Source of the DNA: Squalus acanthias
Taxonomy: Eukaryota
Direction: 5' to 3'
Assembly: GCA_030390025.1 (NCBI GenBank)
Contig: JASTWF010000048.1
Span: 558,001 to 622,000, forward strand
Length of the DNA: 64,000 bases
The position numbers were made by a program, and so were the translations under genes. Positions 12,873 to 25,127 of the stretch are shown here, one piece after another; the stretch's first letter is position 1, and every line of letters starts with the position of its first letter. Below the pieces are notes generated by a model. That model saw only the letters and a program-made list of their open reading frames with translations. It searched no databases and was not told the DNA's origin.

Positions 12873-14249
12873 CTCGCACAACATGCTCTCAAACTCCTGT
12901 AAACTTATAGGGAAAAGCGACGCGTGTTCAGTTCTGGACTCCATATAGTTTGGTTAGATCACACTTGGAGTACTGTGCACAGTTCTGGTCTCCATAAACC
13001 TTGGTTAGACCACACTTGGAGCACTGTGCACAGTTCCGGTCTCCATACATCTTGTTAGACCACACTTGGAGCATTGTGCAGAGTTCTGGTTTTCATATAC
13101 CTTGGTTAGAACTCACTTTAAGAGTACGGTGTGGTTATATCTACCAGCAAAGACTAAACAGGCTGTGGTTATTTTCACTAGAATGAGAAGACTGAAGGAC
13201 GATTAATAGAGGGCTTTACAATTACGACATTTTTGAAAGGGTAGAGGAGGTGAAGATGTTTTCATTGTAGGGGAGACCAAATCAAGGGGCAATATAATAG
13301 TCACTAATAAATCCAATAAGGAATTCAGGAGATATTTTTTTACGCAGAGTGTGTGGAACTCGTTACCGCAGTGAATAGTTGAGGTAAATAGCAAAGATGC
13401 ACTTAAGGGGAAGCTTTAGAAACATACGAGGGAGAAAGGAAATGAAGGATATGCTGAAAGGGTGAGATGAAGAGAGAAGGGAGGAGGGTCGTGAGGAGCA
13501 TAAACACCTGCACAGATGAATTCGTCCGAATGCCTGATTATGTACTGGACATTCTATTTAAATCAATGTAGCAAATGTAAGTATCTGAAGCAGAGGAGAA
13601 AGATGGAAGGCGGATCTATTTCAAGATTTGTCTTGAAAAGACTTACGTACTCGATTACAATGGGAAAAATCCCAAAGTCCCAGGTGCTTGTAGTTGCACG
13701 TTCTGGCCATTACCTGGCGGTGTTGCTCCATTGAAGCCAATGCCACATTCTGATTTTGCACCGATTCAGCAATGACGCAGCAGAACTAAAATTCCCCTTA
13801 ATGGTCCAATCCACAGTTTCTGTATCCTTTTCAATTCCCGACAANNNNNNNNNNNNNNNNNNNNNNNNNNNNNNNNNNNNNNNNNNNNNNNNNNNNNNNN
13901 NNNNNNNNNNNNNNNNNNNNNNNNNNNNNNNNNNNNNNNNNNNNNNNNNNNNNNNNNNNNNNNNNNNNNNNNNNNNNNNNNNNNNNNNNNNNNNNNNNNN
14001 NNNNNNNNNNNNNNNNNNNNNNNNNNNNNNNNNNNNNNNNNNNNNNNNNNNNNNNNNNNNNNNNNNNNNNNNNTAATTCAAGCGGAATCGAAATCTGATG
14101 CTAAATTCCCTGGCCCAGTATTAACTTTTGCTGTGAATTGTGTTGAGTTAATATAGAGGCGGTTGCAACTGTTTGATGCGTCTTCCGGCTCTGACGCTGT
14201 GCTAATGAAACTGACCTGAATTTAAGACTGAACCTGGTCTGGTCCGTAA

Positions 14250-16210
14250 TTACCAGGGAAACTAACTTGGTGCTCATGACATTAGAAGAAGATATCAATA
14301 AGGATATAAATACATTTAAGATAGAAAGGGTGGAGATACTTGACAAACTATTCGAACCTAGAGAGGATAATCCCACTGGTCCGGCTGGATTTCATCTGTG
14401 CAAACATGAAGAATTTAGGTAAGAGATAGCAGAGCTAATATTACATAAATATATATAAAAAGTCATTAGAATAGCGGATAGTGCCAGAGTACTGGCGAGC
14501 TGACAATGTAATTGTTATATTTAGAAAGGGAGATAGAACAAGTCCAGGGAACTATAGCTCTATTAGCTTAACGTCGGTGACAGGTAAGAAAATGGAATCC
14601 TTGCTCAAAGGGCTCATAAAAAAATCTAGAAACTGGAAAAATTATAAAGAGCAGCTAAGAGTCTATAATAAAGAAGATTACAAAAAGGTACGGTCATGCG
14701 CGGCCAACCTTATTGAATTCTATGAAGATGTAACTGAAAGGGTAGAAATGGGTCATGATGTAGATGTAAGCTATTTGGATTTCCAAACAGCCTTCCACTA
14801 TGAACCTCATATTAGACTCATGGATAAGGTCAGAACATTTGGAGTCAGGGGAGAAGAAGCAGAATGGAGAGCAAGCTGGCTACAAACAGAAAACAGAGAG
14901 TTGGGGTAAAAGGTAGTTACTCAGAATGGCAAATGGCGAGAAGTGGTGTTCCACAAGGATCGGTGCTGTGAATACAATTGTTCACCATTAACATAAACGA
15001 TTTGGACTCGGGAATCGGAAGTTAAACTTTAAAATTTGCGAATGACACCAAATTGTGGGATGTAGTTAATACAGAGGAGGACTGCAACAAATACAGGAAG
15101 ACATTAATACACTGGCAGAATGGGCTTATAATTGACAAATGAACTTCAATATAGAAAGGTTCGATGTAATACATTTTGGTAGGATGAATAAGGAAGCCAC
15201 ACACTCCTATGAAAATAAGTGTCTAAGTAGGGTAGAGGAACAGAGGGATCTGGTCGCACAGATACACAGATCACTAAAAGTAGCGACACAGGTTAATCAG
15301 CTCATAAAAAAGCAAACAAAACACTGGGGTTCATTTCTACAGGGATAGAATTGATAAGCAGAGATGTTATGTTAAAATTGTATAGAACCTTGGTTAGACC
15401 ACACTTGGAATACTGTGAACAGTTCTGGTCTCTGTGTTATATAAAGGATATAGAGACACTGGAGAAGGTGCAAAATATATTTATTAGAATGATATTTGAA
15501 CTGGAAGCTTATACCTATCAGGAAAGATTGGACATGCTGGGTCTCATTACTCTAGAAACGAGAAGACTGAGGGGTTACCTGATAGAGATCGTTAAGATTA
15601 TGAAAGGGTTTGATGGGGTAGAGATAGAGAAGACGTTTCCACTTGCAGGGGAGACCAGCACTAGGGCCCATAAATATAAGATAGTCGCTAATAGATCCAA
15701 TAGGAAATTGAGGTGAACCTTATTTACCCAGAGATTGGTTAGAATGTGGAATTCGCTGCCACATGGAGTAATCGAGGTGAATAGCGTAGACACTTTCAAG
15801 GGGAAGCAAGATAAGCAAAAGGCGAAGGATTTTAAACATACAAAATTATTTCAGGGCTTGACAGGTTAAATGCAGGGAGGATGTTTCCCCTGGCAGGGAA
15901 GTTTGAACTAGTGGTCACCGTCTCAGAATAAGGGGTCGGCCATTTAGAACTGAGATGGGGAGAAATTTCTTCACGCAGAGGGTGGTGAATCTTTGGAATT
16001 CTCTACCCCAGAGGTCTGTGGAGGCTCAGTTGTTGAGTATATTCAAGACAGAGATCGATAGATTTTTGAATATTAAAGTAATCCAGGGATATGGAGATTG
16101 TGCAGGAAAGTGGCGATGAGGTAGATGATCAGCCATGATCTTATTGAATGGCAGAGTAGTCTCGAAGGGCCAAATGGCCGACTCCTGCTCCTATTTCTTA
16201 TGTTTCTATG
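14250..16210 (+). mobile_element. Decayed CR1 ORF2 (RT) fragment plus a second CR1 3' end
   Basis: WRADNV..FRKG..PGNY..ISLTSV; YLDFQTAF; KFANDTK; LVRPHLEYC..FWS; TTTCTATG tail. Confidence 0.85.
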
Positions 16211-16926
16211 AACAGAACGGTATGTTGATGGTGTCAGATGAAGGGGGTTGGGAGGAGGCTCGTGTGCAGCATAAACACCGGCATGTACCTGTTGAGCCGA
16301 ATGTCCTGCTTCTATGCTGTAAATATCTTGCGATACTTTGTTTGAAAAAACAGCACCCACCGGAGTGCATCTCACCGCCACAATGCTTTACAACATTCTC
16401 CAACTTGCTGCTTTATTTCTGGTGCTGTGCAAGAATTTAATTGAGCAACAACGTTCTGACAACAACGTTACAATTGTTTTAATGATTAATCATTGAGAAA
16501 CAATTTCCCCCAAACCCCAGATGGATTATTGTATCCAAACACATTTTAGAAAGGATGTCAAGGCCTTAAAGAGGGTTCCGAAGAGATGTACTAGAATGTT
16601 ACCAGGATCGAGGGACGTCAGTTCTGTGGCGAGACCAGAGAAGCTGGGATTGTTCTCCTTTGAGCAGAGGAGGTGAAGGTGAGATTTATCAGAATGTTAC
16701 CAGGGTTGAGCGACCTCGTTAGAGAAGAGAAGCCGGGAGGGGCGGGGTAGGGGCGAGGGATCATCAGCTGTCAATCAGACTGCAAGGAGGAGCGGCTTGG
16801 AGTGAGCGGGCTGCAGCTGTCAATCAAACAGAACTGTAGTTCGTCAAAGCCGCCACTCAGCTGCCGGGAGAGTAGATCCTTGTTCCAAAATTTCGCTCAT
16901 TTCTCTTGTGCAAACTATTAAGCACA

Positions 16927-17353
16927 ATGCATGTAATCCGCTGTCTTGTGTCTGCGCTGCTGCTGCACAGTAAGTCGGCCTCTGCAATGCCAATGCTCAG
17001 TCCGGCTCCGAATGTGAGCGCCTCCTGTAGTTTAATCCAATTTTTCTCCTATTCGCAGGTGTAGCTAGCGTTAATTTTCAGCAAATTCCGCCTATAATCT
17101 CCAAATCCCTGCAATCCCCATTGCAGATCCGCTGTTATGCAGAGGGCTCCGTCGGTACAGTGTTTTCCTGGTACCGCCAGCTCCCAGACTGAGAGCTTTT
17201 GTTCCTCTTCTACTCTCGAAATACCGTGCGCATCGAACCGGCGGGAGAGGTGGACGGCTTCACCGCATCCAGACCCGATGGCTCCACCTTCAACCTGCAA
17301 ACGGCCCGCCTGCGAGTGATCCACTCGGGTTGTATTACTGCGCCTGGCGACTA
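16927..17353 (+). pseudogene. TCR V pseudogene V4 (leader 16927-16969, V exon 17059-17353), TRBV30-like CAW ending
   Basis: IRCYAEG..WYRQLPD then TGA stop; -1 frameshift just before YYCAWR; CACAGTG at 17354 with an irregular spacer/A-tract nonamer. Confidence 0.88.
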
Positions 17354-17499
17354 CACAGTGACACAAGGAAGCGGGGCGGTGCAAAAAAACTCGGTGCAGC
17401 AGAGACCGAGCCTGAGGATCGCACCAGTCGCTGCATTGCTAGGTGAGGTGTTCAGCCCGAGGGGTAGAGAGGGGGGTGGGTGTTGAGACGCGACAGAAT

Positions 17500-18675
17500 A
17501 GTTTAGATACAGAGTAAAGCCCATGATACACTGTTGTGATACATAATGAAGATTCTCATTCACTGATTAGATACAGAGTAAAGACCCTCACTCACTGATT
17601 AGATACAGAGTAAAGACCCTCACTCACTGGTTAGATACAGAGTAAAGACCCTCACTCACTGATTAGATACAGAGCAAAGACCCTCACTCACTAATTAGAT
17701 ACAGAGTAAGGACCCTCATTCACTGATTAGATACGGAGTAACGACCCTCACTCACTGATTAGATACAGAATAAAGATCCTCACTCACTGATTAGATACAG
17801 AGTTAAGACCCTAACACACTGATTAGATACAGAGTAGAGACCCTCACGCACTGATTAGATACAGAGTAAAGACCCTCACACACTGATTAGATACAGCTTA
17901 TGACCCTCACTCACTGATTAGATACAGACTAGAGACCATCACTCACTGATTAGATACAGATTAAACACCCTCACTCACTGATTAGATACAGAGTAAAGCT
18001 CCTCACTCACTGATTAGATACAGAGTAAAGACCCTCACTCACTGATTAGATACAGAGTAAAGACCCTCACTCACTGATTAGATACAGAGTAAAGACCCTC
18101 TCTCACTGATTAGATACAGAGTAAAGTCCCTCACTCACTGATTAGATACAGAGTAAAGACCCTCACTCGCTGATTATACAGAGTAAAGACCCTCAGTCAC
18201 TGATTAGATACAGAGTAGAAACCCTCACTCACTGATTAGATACAGAGTAAAGACCCTCACACACTGATTAGATACAGATTATGACCCTCACTCACTGATT
18301 AGATACAGACTAGAGACCATCAGTCACTGATTAGATACAGATTAAACACCCTCACTCACTGATTAGATACAGAGTAAAGCTCCTCACTCACTGATTAGAT
18401 ACAGAGTAAAGACCCTCACTCACTGATTAGATACAGAGTAAAGACCCTCACTCACTGATTAGATACAGAGTAAAGACCCTCTCTCACTGATTAGATACAG
18501 AGTAAAGTCCCTCACTCACTGATTAGATACAGAGTAAAGACCCAGACTCGCTGATTATACAGAGTAAAGACCCTCAGTCACTGATTAGTTACAGAGTAAA
18601 ATCCCTCACTCACTGATTAGATACAGAGTAAAGACCCTCAGTCACTGATTAGTTACAGAGTAAAGACCCTCACTC
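17500..18675 (+). repeat. 32-bp minisatellite (GATTAGATACAGAGTAAAGACCCTCACTCACT)n running into a gap
   Basis: Period 32 (17565, 17597...); paralogue at 59725-59946. Confidence 0.95.
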
Positions 18676-21439
18676 NNNNNNNNNNNNNNNNNNNNNNNNN
18701 NNNNNNNNNNNNNNNNNNNNNNNNNNNNNNNNNNNNNNNNNNNNNNNNNNNNNNNNNNNNNNNNNNNNNNNNNNNNNNNNNNNNNNNNNNNNNNNNNNNN
18801 NNNNNNNNNNNNNNNNNNNNNNNNNNNNNNNNNNNNNNNNNNNNNNNNNNNNNNNNNNNNNNNNNNNNNNNNNNNNNNNNNNNNNNNNNNNNNNNNNNNN
18901 NNNNNNNNNNNNNNNNNNNNNNNNNNNNNNNNNNNNNNNNNNNNNNNNNNNNNNNNNNNNNNNNNNNNNNNNNNNNNNNNNNNNNNNNNNNNNNNNNNNN
19001 NNNNNNNNNNNNNNNNNNNNNNNNNNNNNNCTATGTATTGATCTGTCTGTCTATCTATCTGTCTATCTATCTGTCTGTCTGTCTATCTCTCTGTCTATCT
19101 TTTTGTCTTTCTAAATGTCTGTATATCCCTCTGGCTATCTCTCTATTTCTCTTTCTATCTATCTGTCTATCAATCTGTCTATCTGTCTGTCCATCTGTCT
19201 GTCTATCTGTCTGTCTATCTGTTGATCTGTTTATCTGTTTATCTTTGAATGATTACAATTTGTTATTTATTAATTATAAAATGCTATATCGATGTATCCA
19301 ATGCCCTTTTTTTAACAAATTATCTACATTTAAACAGCAGACTATGCGGTAGCGTAAATTGGTTAACGTCAGTGGTGAAAGATTGGATGGTGGAGTAGGT
19401 GCAGGAGATACCCGTACCTTCCGACATGCCACTGAATTATTCCTGTTATTTCCGCCATTGCAATTGCGACGAGAGAGGCGCTCCTTATCACAGCATCATG
19501 GAATATTACTTCACAGAAGGAGGCCATTCGACCCATCCATCCTGTGCCGGCTCTCTGAAAAAGCTATCAAATTTGGTCCATTCCCCTGCCCTATCCCCTA
19601 CAGACTTGCAAGTTTTCACACAGGAAATATTTATCCAATTCCCTTCAGAAAGTTACTATTTAATCTGCTGGAACCACCCTTTCAGGATGAGCATTTGAGA
19701 TCATAACAAACTGTTGTGGAGAAAAATTCGCCACAAGTCGCCACTGGCTCTTGTACCAACTTCCTTATATCTATGTACTCTGGATAGACCCTTCTGCGAG
19801 TGGAAACAATTTCTCCTTGTTTACCTGATCAAAACCCTTTGCTATCTTGAATAAGGGTTATGGTAGCACAGTGGTGATGTTACTGAGTTCATAATCCAGT
19901 AGTTCTGGACGAATAATGTAAAAACATGAGTTCAAATCTCACCACGGCAGTTGGAGAATTTAAATTCAGTTAATTAAATGCATCTGGAATTAAAAATCTA
20001 GTATTGGCAATAAGGAAACCCATCTGGTTCAATTTATTATTTGCCACTTGCGCATCAAGAATGCATCTCACAACCACCTTTCTTAAGAGCAAAACGGGAT
20101 GGGTAATGAATGCCGGTCTTGCCAGCGTCGCCCACATGCCATGAATAAAATAAATCTCCATTATATCTCCCATTAATAATCTCTGCTTTAAGGAGAACAT
20201 TAGCAGCTTCCCTTGTCTTTCATAACTGAGGTCCGTCATCACTGGTACCATTCTGGTAAATCTTCACTGTGGCGAACAAACCCATACACTTAGGATATAA
20301 TTCACCTTAGAACTTTAAACGTGTCACGAATGCTTCATACTGTGCAAAGGCGAGATGCATCCCCAGATATGTTTTTCACTGAGAAACCTGCCTCCTGACG
20401 TCGGGTACAAAATCGTTGAAAACCGTTTATCCACTTCTATCTAGGCGCCTTTTGACGTGTTTTTTCAAAGAAACTAGAAGTCCAGCCCAGCAAAGAATAT
20501 AACCCTTTAATTCTCGTTGAGCACATGGGAACTGAAAGCAGTACTGCCTGAAAGAAGATAAAAATTTGACCCAACAATGGTCCGCGTTTTATAGAATCAT
20601 AGAATCCTAAAGCACAGAAGGAGGCCACTCGGTCAGTCCAGTCCGTGCCGGCTCTTTGAAAGAGCGATCCAAATAGTCCCACACGAGTTTCCTCCCACCC
20701 ACCTTAATCTCACTCTGTCAACATATCCTTCTGTTCCTTTCTCCCTCATGTATTTACCTAGCATCCCTTTAAATGCATCTATGTTATTTCCCTCAACCAC
20801 GCCTTGTGGTTGCGAGTTCGACGTTCTCACCACTCTCCGGGTAAAGTGGTTTCTCCTGAATTCCCTATTGGACTATTCCCAATTGTCTATCTTATATTTA
20901 TGTCCACTAGTTTTGGCCTCTCCTATCCAATTATTCCCACAGCACTGTTCATTCCCCATAGCCCTGTTTTTATCCTATTCTAGTTTATGTCCAATTCCCT
21001 TGTGAAAGTTGCCAATGTATCGGTCTCCAGCACCCTTTCAGGAAGTGTATTCCCGATCATAAAATCTTGCTGCATGAAAAACTGTCTCCTCATCTACCAG
21101 TTGGATTTTTTGCCAAATACCTTAAATCTGTGCCCTCTGGTCACCGACCCTTCCGGCAGAGGAATCAATTACTCCTTGTCTATTCTATCACAACCGCTCT
21201 GAAATTTTAACACCTCTATTAACTCTCCCCATATCGTCTGTGATGTATAATTTTATGAAATTGCTAAACTACCTCCGTTTCAAGCTTCTCACCATATAGA
21301 AATACGCTGATATTTCCTTCTTCTGTCCCAAGTGGATGACGTCACACTTGCCCACAATGAATCCATCTGTCAATGTTTTGCTCACTCATTCAATCTCTCT
21401 CTGTCACCTTTGAAACAGCCTGTCCCCGTCTGCTCTGAA

Positions 21440-22205
21440 CACTGCCAATCAGAGAGAGATGGGTCGGACTGTCAAACAGGGAGAGAGAGTCAGGGCTGCG
21501 AATCCGAGAGCGCGTTGCACAGCTGTCATTCAGAGAAGGGAGGGGCGTAGCATTCAATCAGAGAGGGCGTGGCCGAGCTGTCAATCAGAGAGGGGCGGGG
21601 CGGAGCTGTCAATCAGACAGTGGAGGGGCGGAGCTGTCAAACATATAGGTCGCTGCAGGGTTGTCAATCAGAGAGTGAGGGGTGGTGCTGGCAATCAGAG
21701 AGGGGGCGCATCTGTCAATCAGAGAGGGCGCGGCAGAGTTCGCAATCAGAGAGTGAGGGGTGGCGCTATCAATCAGAGTGGCTGACTTGTTTTCAGAGAG
21801 GGGCGGGGTGGTGATGTCACTCAGGGAGGGGAGGCACGGAGCTGTCAATCACAGTGGGGACAGGCGGTGCTGTCAATCAGAGAGGGGAGTGGTACTGCTG
21901 TGAATCGTTACATATGATTGCACAGGATGTATGGCACAGAAACAGGCCATTCCTTCCAAACAGTCCATGCCGGCGTTCTTGCTCCACACGAGCCTCCTCC
22001 CGTCTTTCCTCTTCTAAATCTATCAGCATAAATCTCTATTTCCTTTTCCCTCATATGCTTGCCTTGCCTCCCCTTAAAGGTATCCATAATATTCGCTTAA
22101 ACCACTCCCTGTGGAATCAGAGAAGGTCGGGGCGGTGCTGTAACTCGGAGAGGGCGGGGGCAGGGCTGTCAATCAGAGAGGGCGGGACAGGCCTGTCAAT
22201 CAGAC
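21440..22205. promoter_or_regulatory. Degenerate array of CTGTCAATCA motifs and GC boxes upstream of the V5 leader
   Basis: 7 perfect CTGTCAATCA (reverse complement TGATTGACAG) plus variants, interleaved with GGGGCGG; GGTGATGTCA at ~21810. Confidence 0.5.
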
Positions 22206-22368
22206 AGTGATGGGTGGGATATTGTATATTCAGTATTTTCTTATGAATGATAGAGATTGCGCATTTTCACGCGGCAGTCTCGCCTTGCAAACAACAGTCT
22301 CATAGCTCTGGTTTCTGGGCAGATTATTGGCCGTGAGAGATCCGCTCTCAAACCCTCTGTCGCGGACC

Positions 22369-23694
22369 ATGCGAACTTGCCTCCTGTCCTGCACTTTGCC
22401 GCTGTTCCTATTGGCGGGTAAGTAAACGAGAGGCCGGTGTCCCATAGGAGGCCTTTGGGTCTGGTGCAGGAATGTATTAAAGTCCTAGCAATGAAGTGTT
22501 CAATAATGAGAGACAGAAAGAATGAAGGAAAGAAAGAAAGAAAGATAGAGAGACAGAAAGTTAATGAGAGAACAGCTTTGTGGGAATAAATAGACTGTAT
22601 TTGATCATTTGCAAATAAAGAAGACAAATTGAGTTAAATACAGTCGGGATGGACATATATAGAACAGGGTTATTACTGTATAGTTTAAATTAGTGAGTGA
22701 TTTTTCCACGTCAATCCCTGACAATTGCCCCGATTACAAGTCGAGCTCCGCTAAAACAACGGGCTCCCAAATAACTACAAGCGCCTGCGGGTTAAGAATA
22801 TTCATCTGGTTTTGACAAATCGACTAAAAGCAGGATGGCGAGTGGTCGAATAGATAAAAGGGTCTGTTAAGGAGCATAGGAACAGGAGGAGGCCATTCAG
22901 GCCCTCGAGTCATTCAATGAGATCACAGTTGATCTGTACCTCAACACAAGTTACCCGCCTTGGTTGCGTAACCTTTAATAACCTTATTGAACAAAAATCT
23001 TTCAAATTCAGTTTTGAAATTTTCAGTTGACTCCGACCCTCAACAGTTTTTTGGGGAGAGAGTTGCTGACTTCCACTACCCTTTGTATGAAGAGGTGCTT
23101 CATCGCATCACCCCTAACCGGCCTAGCACTACGTTTAAGGTTATTCACCCCTTGTTCTGGTCTCCCCCCACCAGAGGAAATTATTTCTCTCTCTCTGCCC
23201 TAGCCACTCCTTTAATCAGTTCAATTAGATATAGGTGAAAAATACAGGAATTAAATCGATTTATATCAAAAGTAAGCGAGTGATAGACAGAGGAATAGCA
23301 ATCACGGAAAAGCTAATAATCAGAGAGGTTAGTGTGTCTTATTTCTGGGGAAATAAATGTCTCTCTTTAATGTTAATTCTTGTTTTGCTTCGAGGTGTTG
23401 GCGGTTCTCAGAAGATGGTGCAGTCCCGAGAGTATGTGTCGGTGAGAGAGGGCGAGTCTGTGACTGTCCCGTGCACCCAACGCGGGACCGATGCTTACAT
23501 GTACTGGTACCGTCAGCTCCCGGGTCTGGGACTCCTGCACATCCTGCAGGCGTTCCAGGGAGATGACCCGAGCAGGTCGGACGGGTTCAAGGAGCGATTT
23601 TGGGCCAAGTAAAGTGCAGATAACTCCTTCGATCTGAAGATATCGATGTTGCGGCCGAACGACACGGCGCGGTATTTCTGCGCCTGCAGTGATG
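22369..23694 (+). pseudogene. TCR V pseudogene V5 (leader 22369-22417, V exon 23395-23694), single in-frame stop
   Basis: Leader MRTCLLSCTLPLFLLA|gtaagt; VPCTQ..WYRQ..FWAK TAA(23610-23612) ..DTARYFCACSD. Confidence 0.9.
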
Positions 23695-23733
23695 CACAGA
23701 GACACACTCAGACTGAACAGTGCTACAAAAACC
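23695..23733 (+). other. 23-RSS of V5
   Basis: CACAGAG-23-ACAAAAACC. Confidence 0.92.
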
Positions 23734-25127
23734 CGCCCGTCTCAGACACTAACCCCCAACTAGTGCTANNNNNNNNNNNNNNNNNNNNNNNNNNNNNNNN
23801 NNNNNNNNNNNNNNNNNNNNNNNNNNNNNNNNNNNNNNNNNNNNNNNNNNNNNNNNNNNNNNNNNNNNNNNNNNNNNNNNNNNNNNNNNNNNNNNNNNNN
23901 NNNNNNNNNNNNNNNNNNTACAGCTCGCTCTCCGTCTCTCCGTCTGTCTTTTCTATCTCTCAGTCGCTCTCTTTCCCTGTCACTCTCTACACCTGCCTCG
24001 GTCTCGCTTTCGCGTCCCCTCTCTCCCTACCTCTCTGCCTCTCTTCCGCCTCTCACCCTCTCGCCCTCGCTCTCTCTCACACCGTCTCCATCTCTCTCCC
24101 TGTATCCCTCTCTCTATTCCTCTTCTTCTCACTCCCTCGCCCCCTCCTTCTATTCCTCTACTTCTCTCTCCCTCGCTCCCTCTCTCTATCCCTCTTCTTC
24201 TCTTTCCCTCGCTCCCAATCCTTCCCGCTATCCACCGCTCAGTCGCCCTTTATCTGGGAAGCAGATGGAAAATGTGAAAATGGCCCATTAACATTCTGTG
24301 CTTTACGGACAACAATCCCAACTTCCTTAGTCTCTCATAACTGACGTCCCTCATCCCTGGTGCCATTCTGGTAAACCTCCTCTTAACCTTCACTGAGGTG
24401 ATCAACCCCATACAGTTAGGGTATAGTTCATCTTAGAACCCTTAAACGTGTCACGAATGTGTCACACTGTGCAAAGGCGAGTTGCCTCCCCAGATATGTT
24501 TTTCACAGAGACACCTGCCTCTGGACGGCGGTTACAACATCTGTTGAAAACCGTTTACCCACTTCTAGACTCTAGGCGCCTTTTGAAGTGTTTTTTCAAA
24601 GAAACTAGAAGTTCGGCCCAGCGAAGAACTTAACCCTTTAATTCTCGTTGAGCAGATGGGAACTGAAAGCTGCACTGCCTGAAACAAGAATGAACCTTGA
24701 CCAAAAAATAATCCGCGTTTTATAGAATAATGGAATCCTAAAGCACAGAGGGAGGCCACTCGGTCAGTCCAGTCCGTGTCGACCTTTTGAAAGAGCGATC
24801 CAATTGGTCCCCACAAGACACCTCCCACCCTCCTTCACCTTAAACTATCAACATATCCTTCTATCCCTTTATCCCTCATGTGTTTATCTCGCTTCCCCTT
24901 AAATGCATCTATATTAATACACTCAAACACGCCTTGTGTTGGCGAGTTCCACATTTTTACCACTCTCTGGGTAAAGAGGTTTCTCCTGGATTCATTATTG
25001 GATTTATTAGTATCGATCTTATAGTTATGGCCCCTAGTTTTTTCCTCTCCTATCCAATTCTTCCCATACCCCTGCTCATTCACCACATCCCTGTTTTTTC
25101 ACTCTTCTAGTTTATGTCCAATTCCCT

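Noticed and set aside
6101-18675. CRISPR-like appearance of the regular 32/47-bp repeats
   Set aside because: Head-to-tail units without unique spacers, in vertebrate DNA with no cas genes
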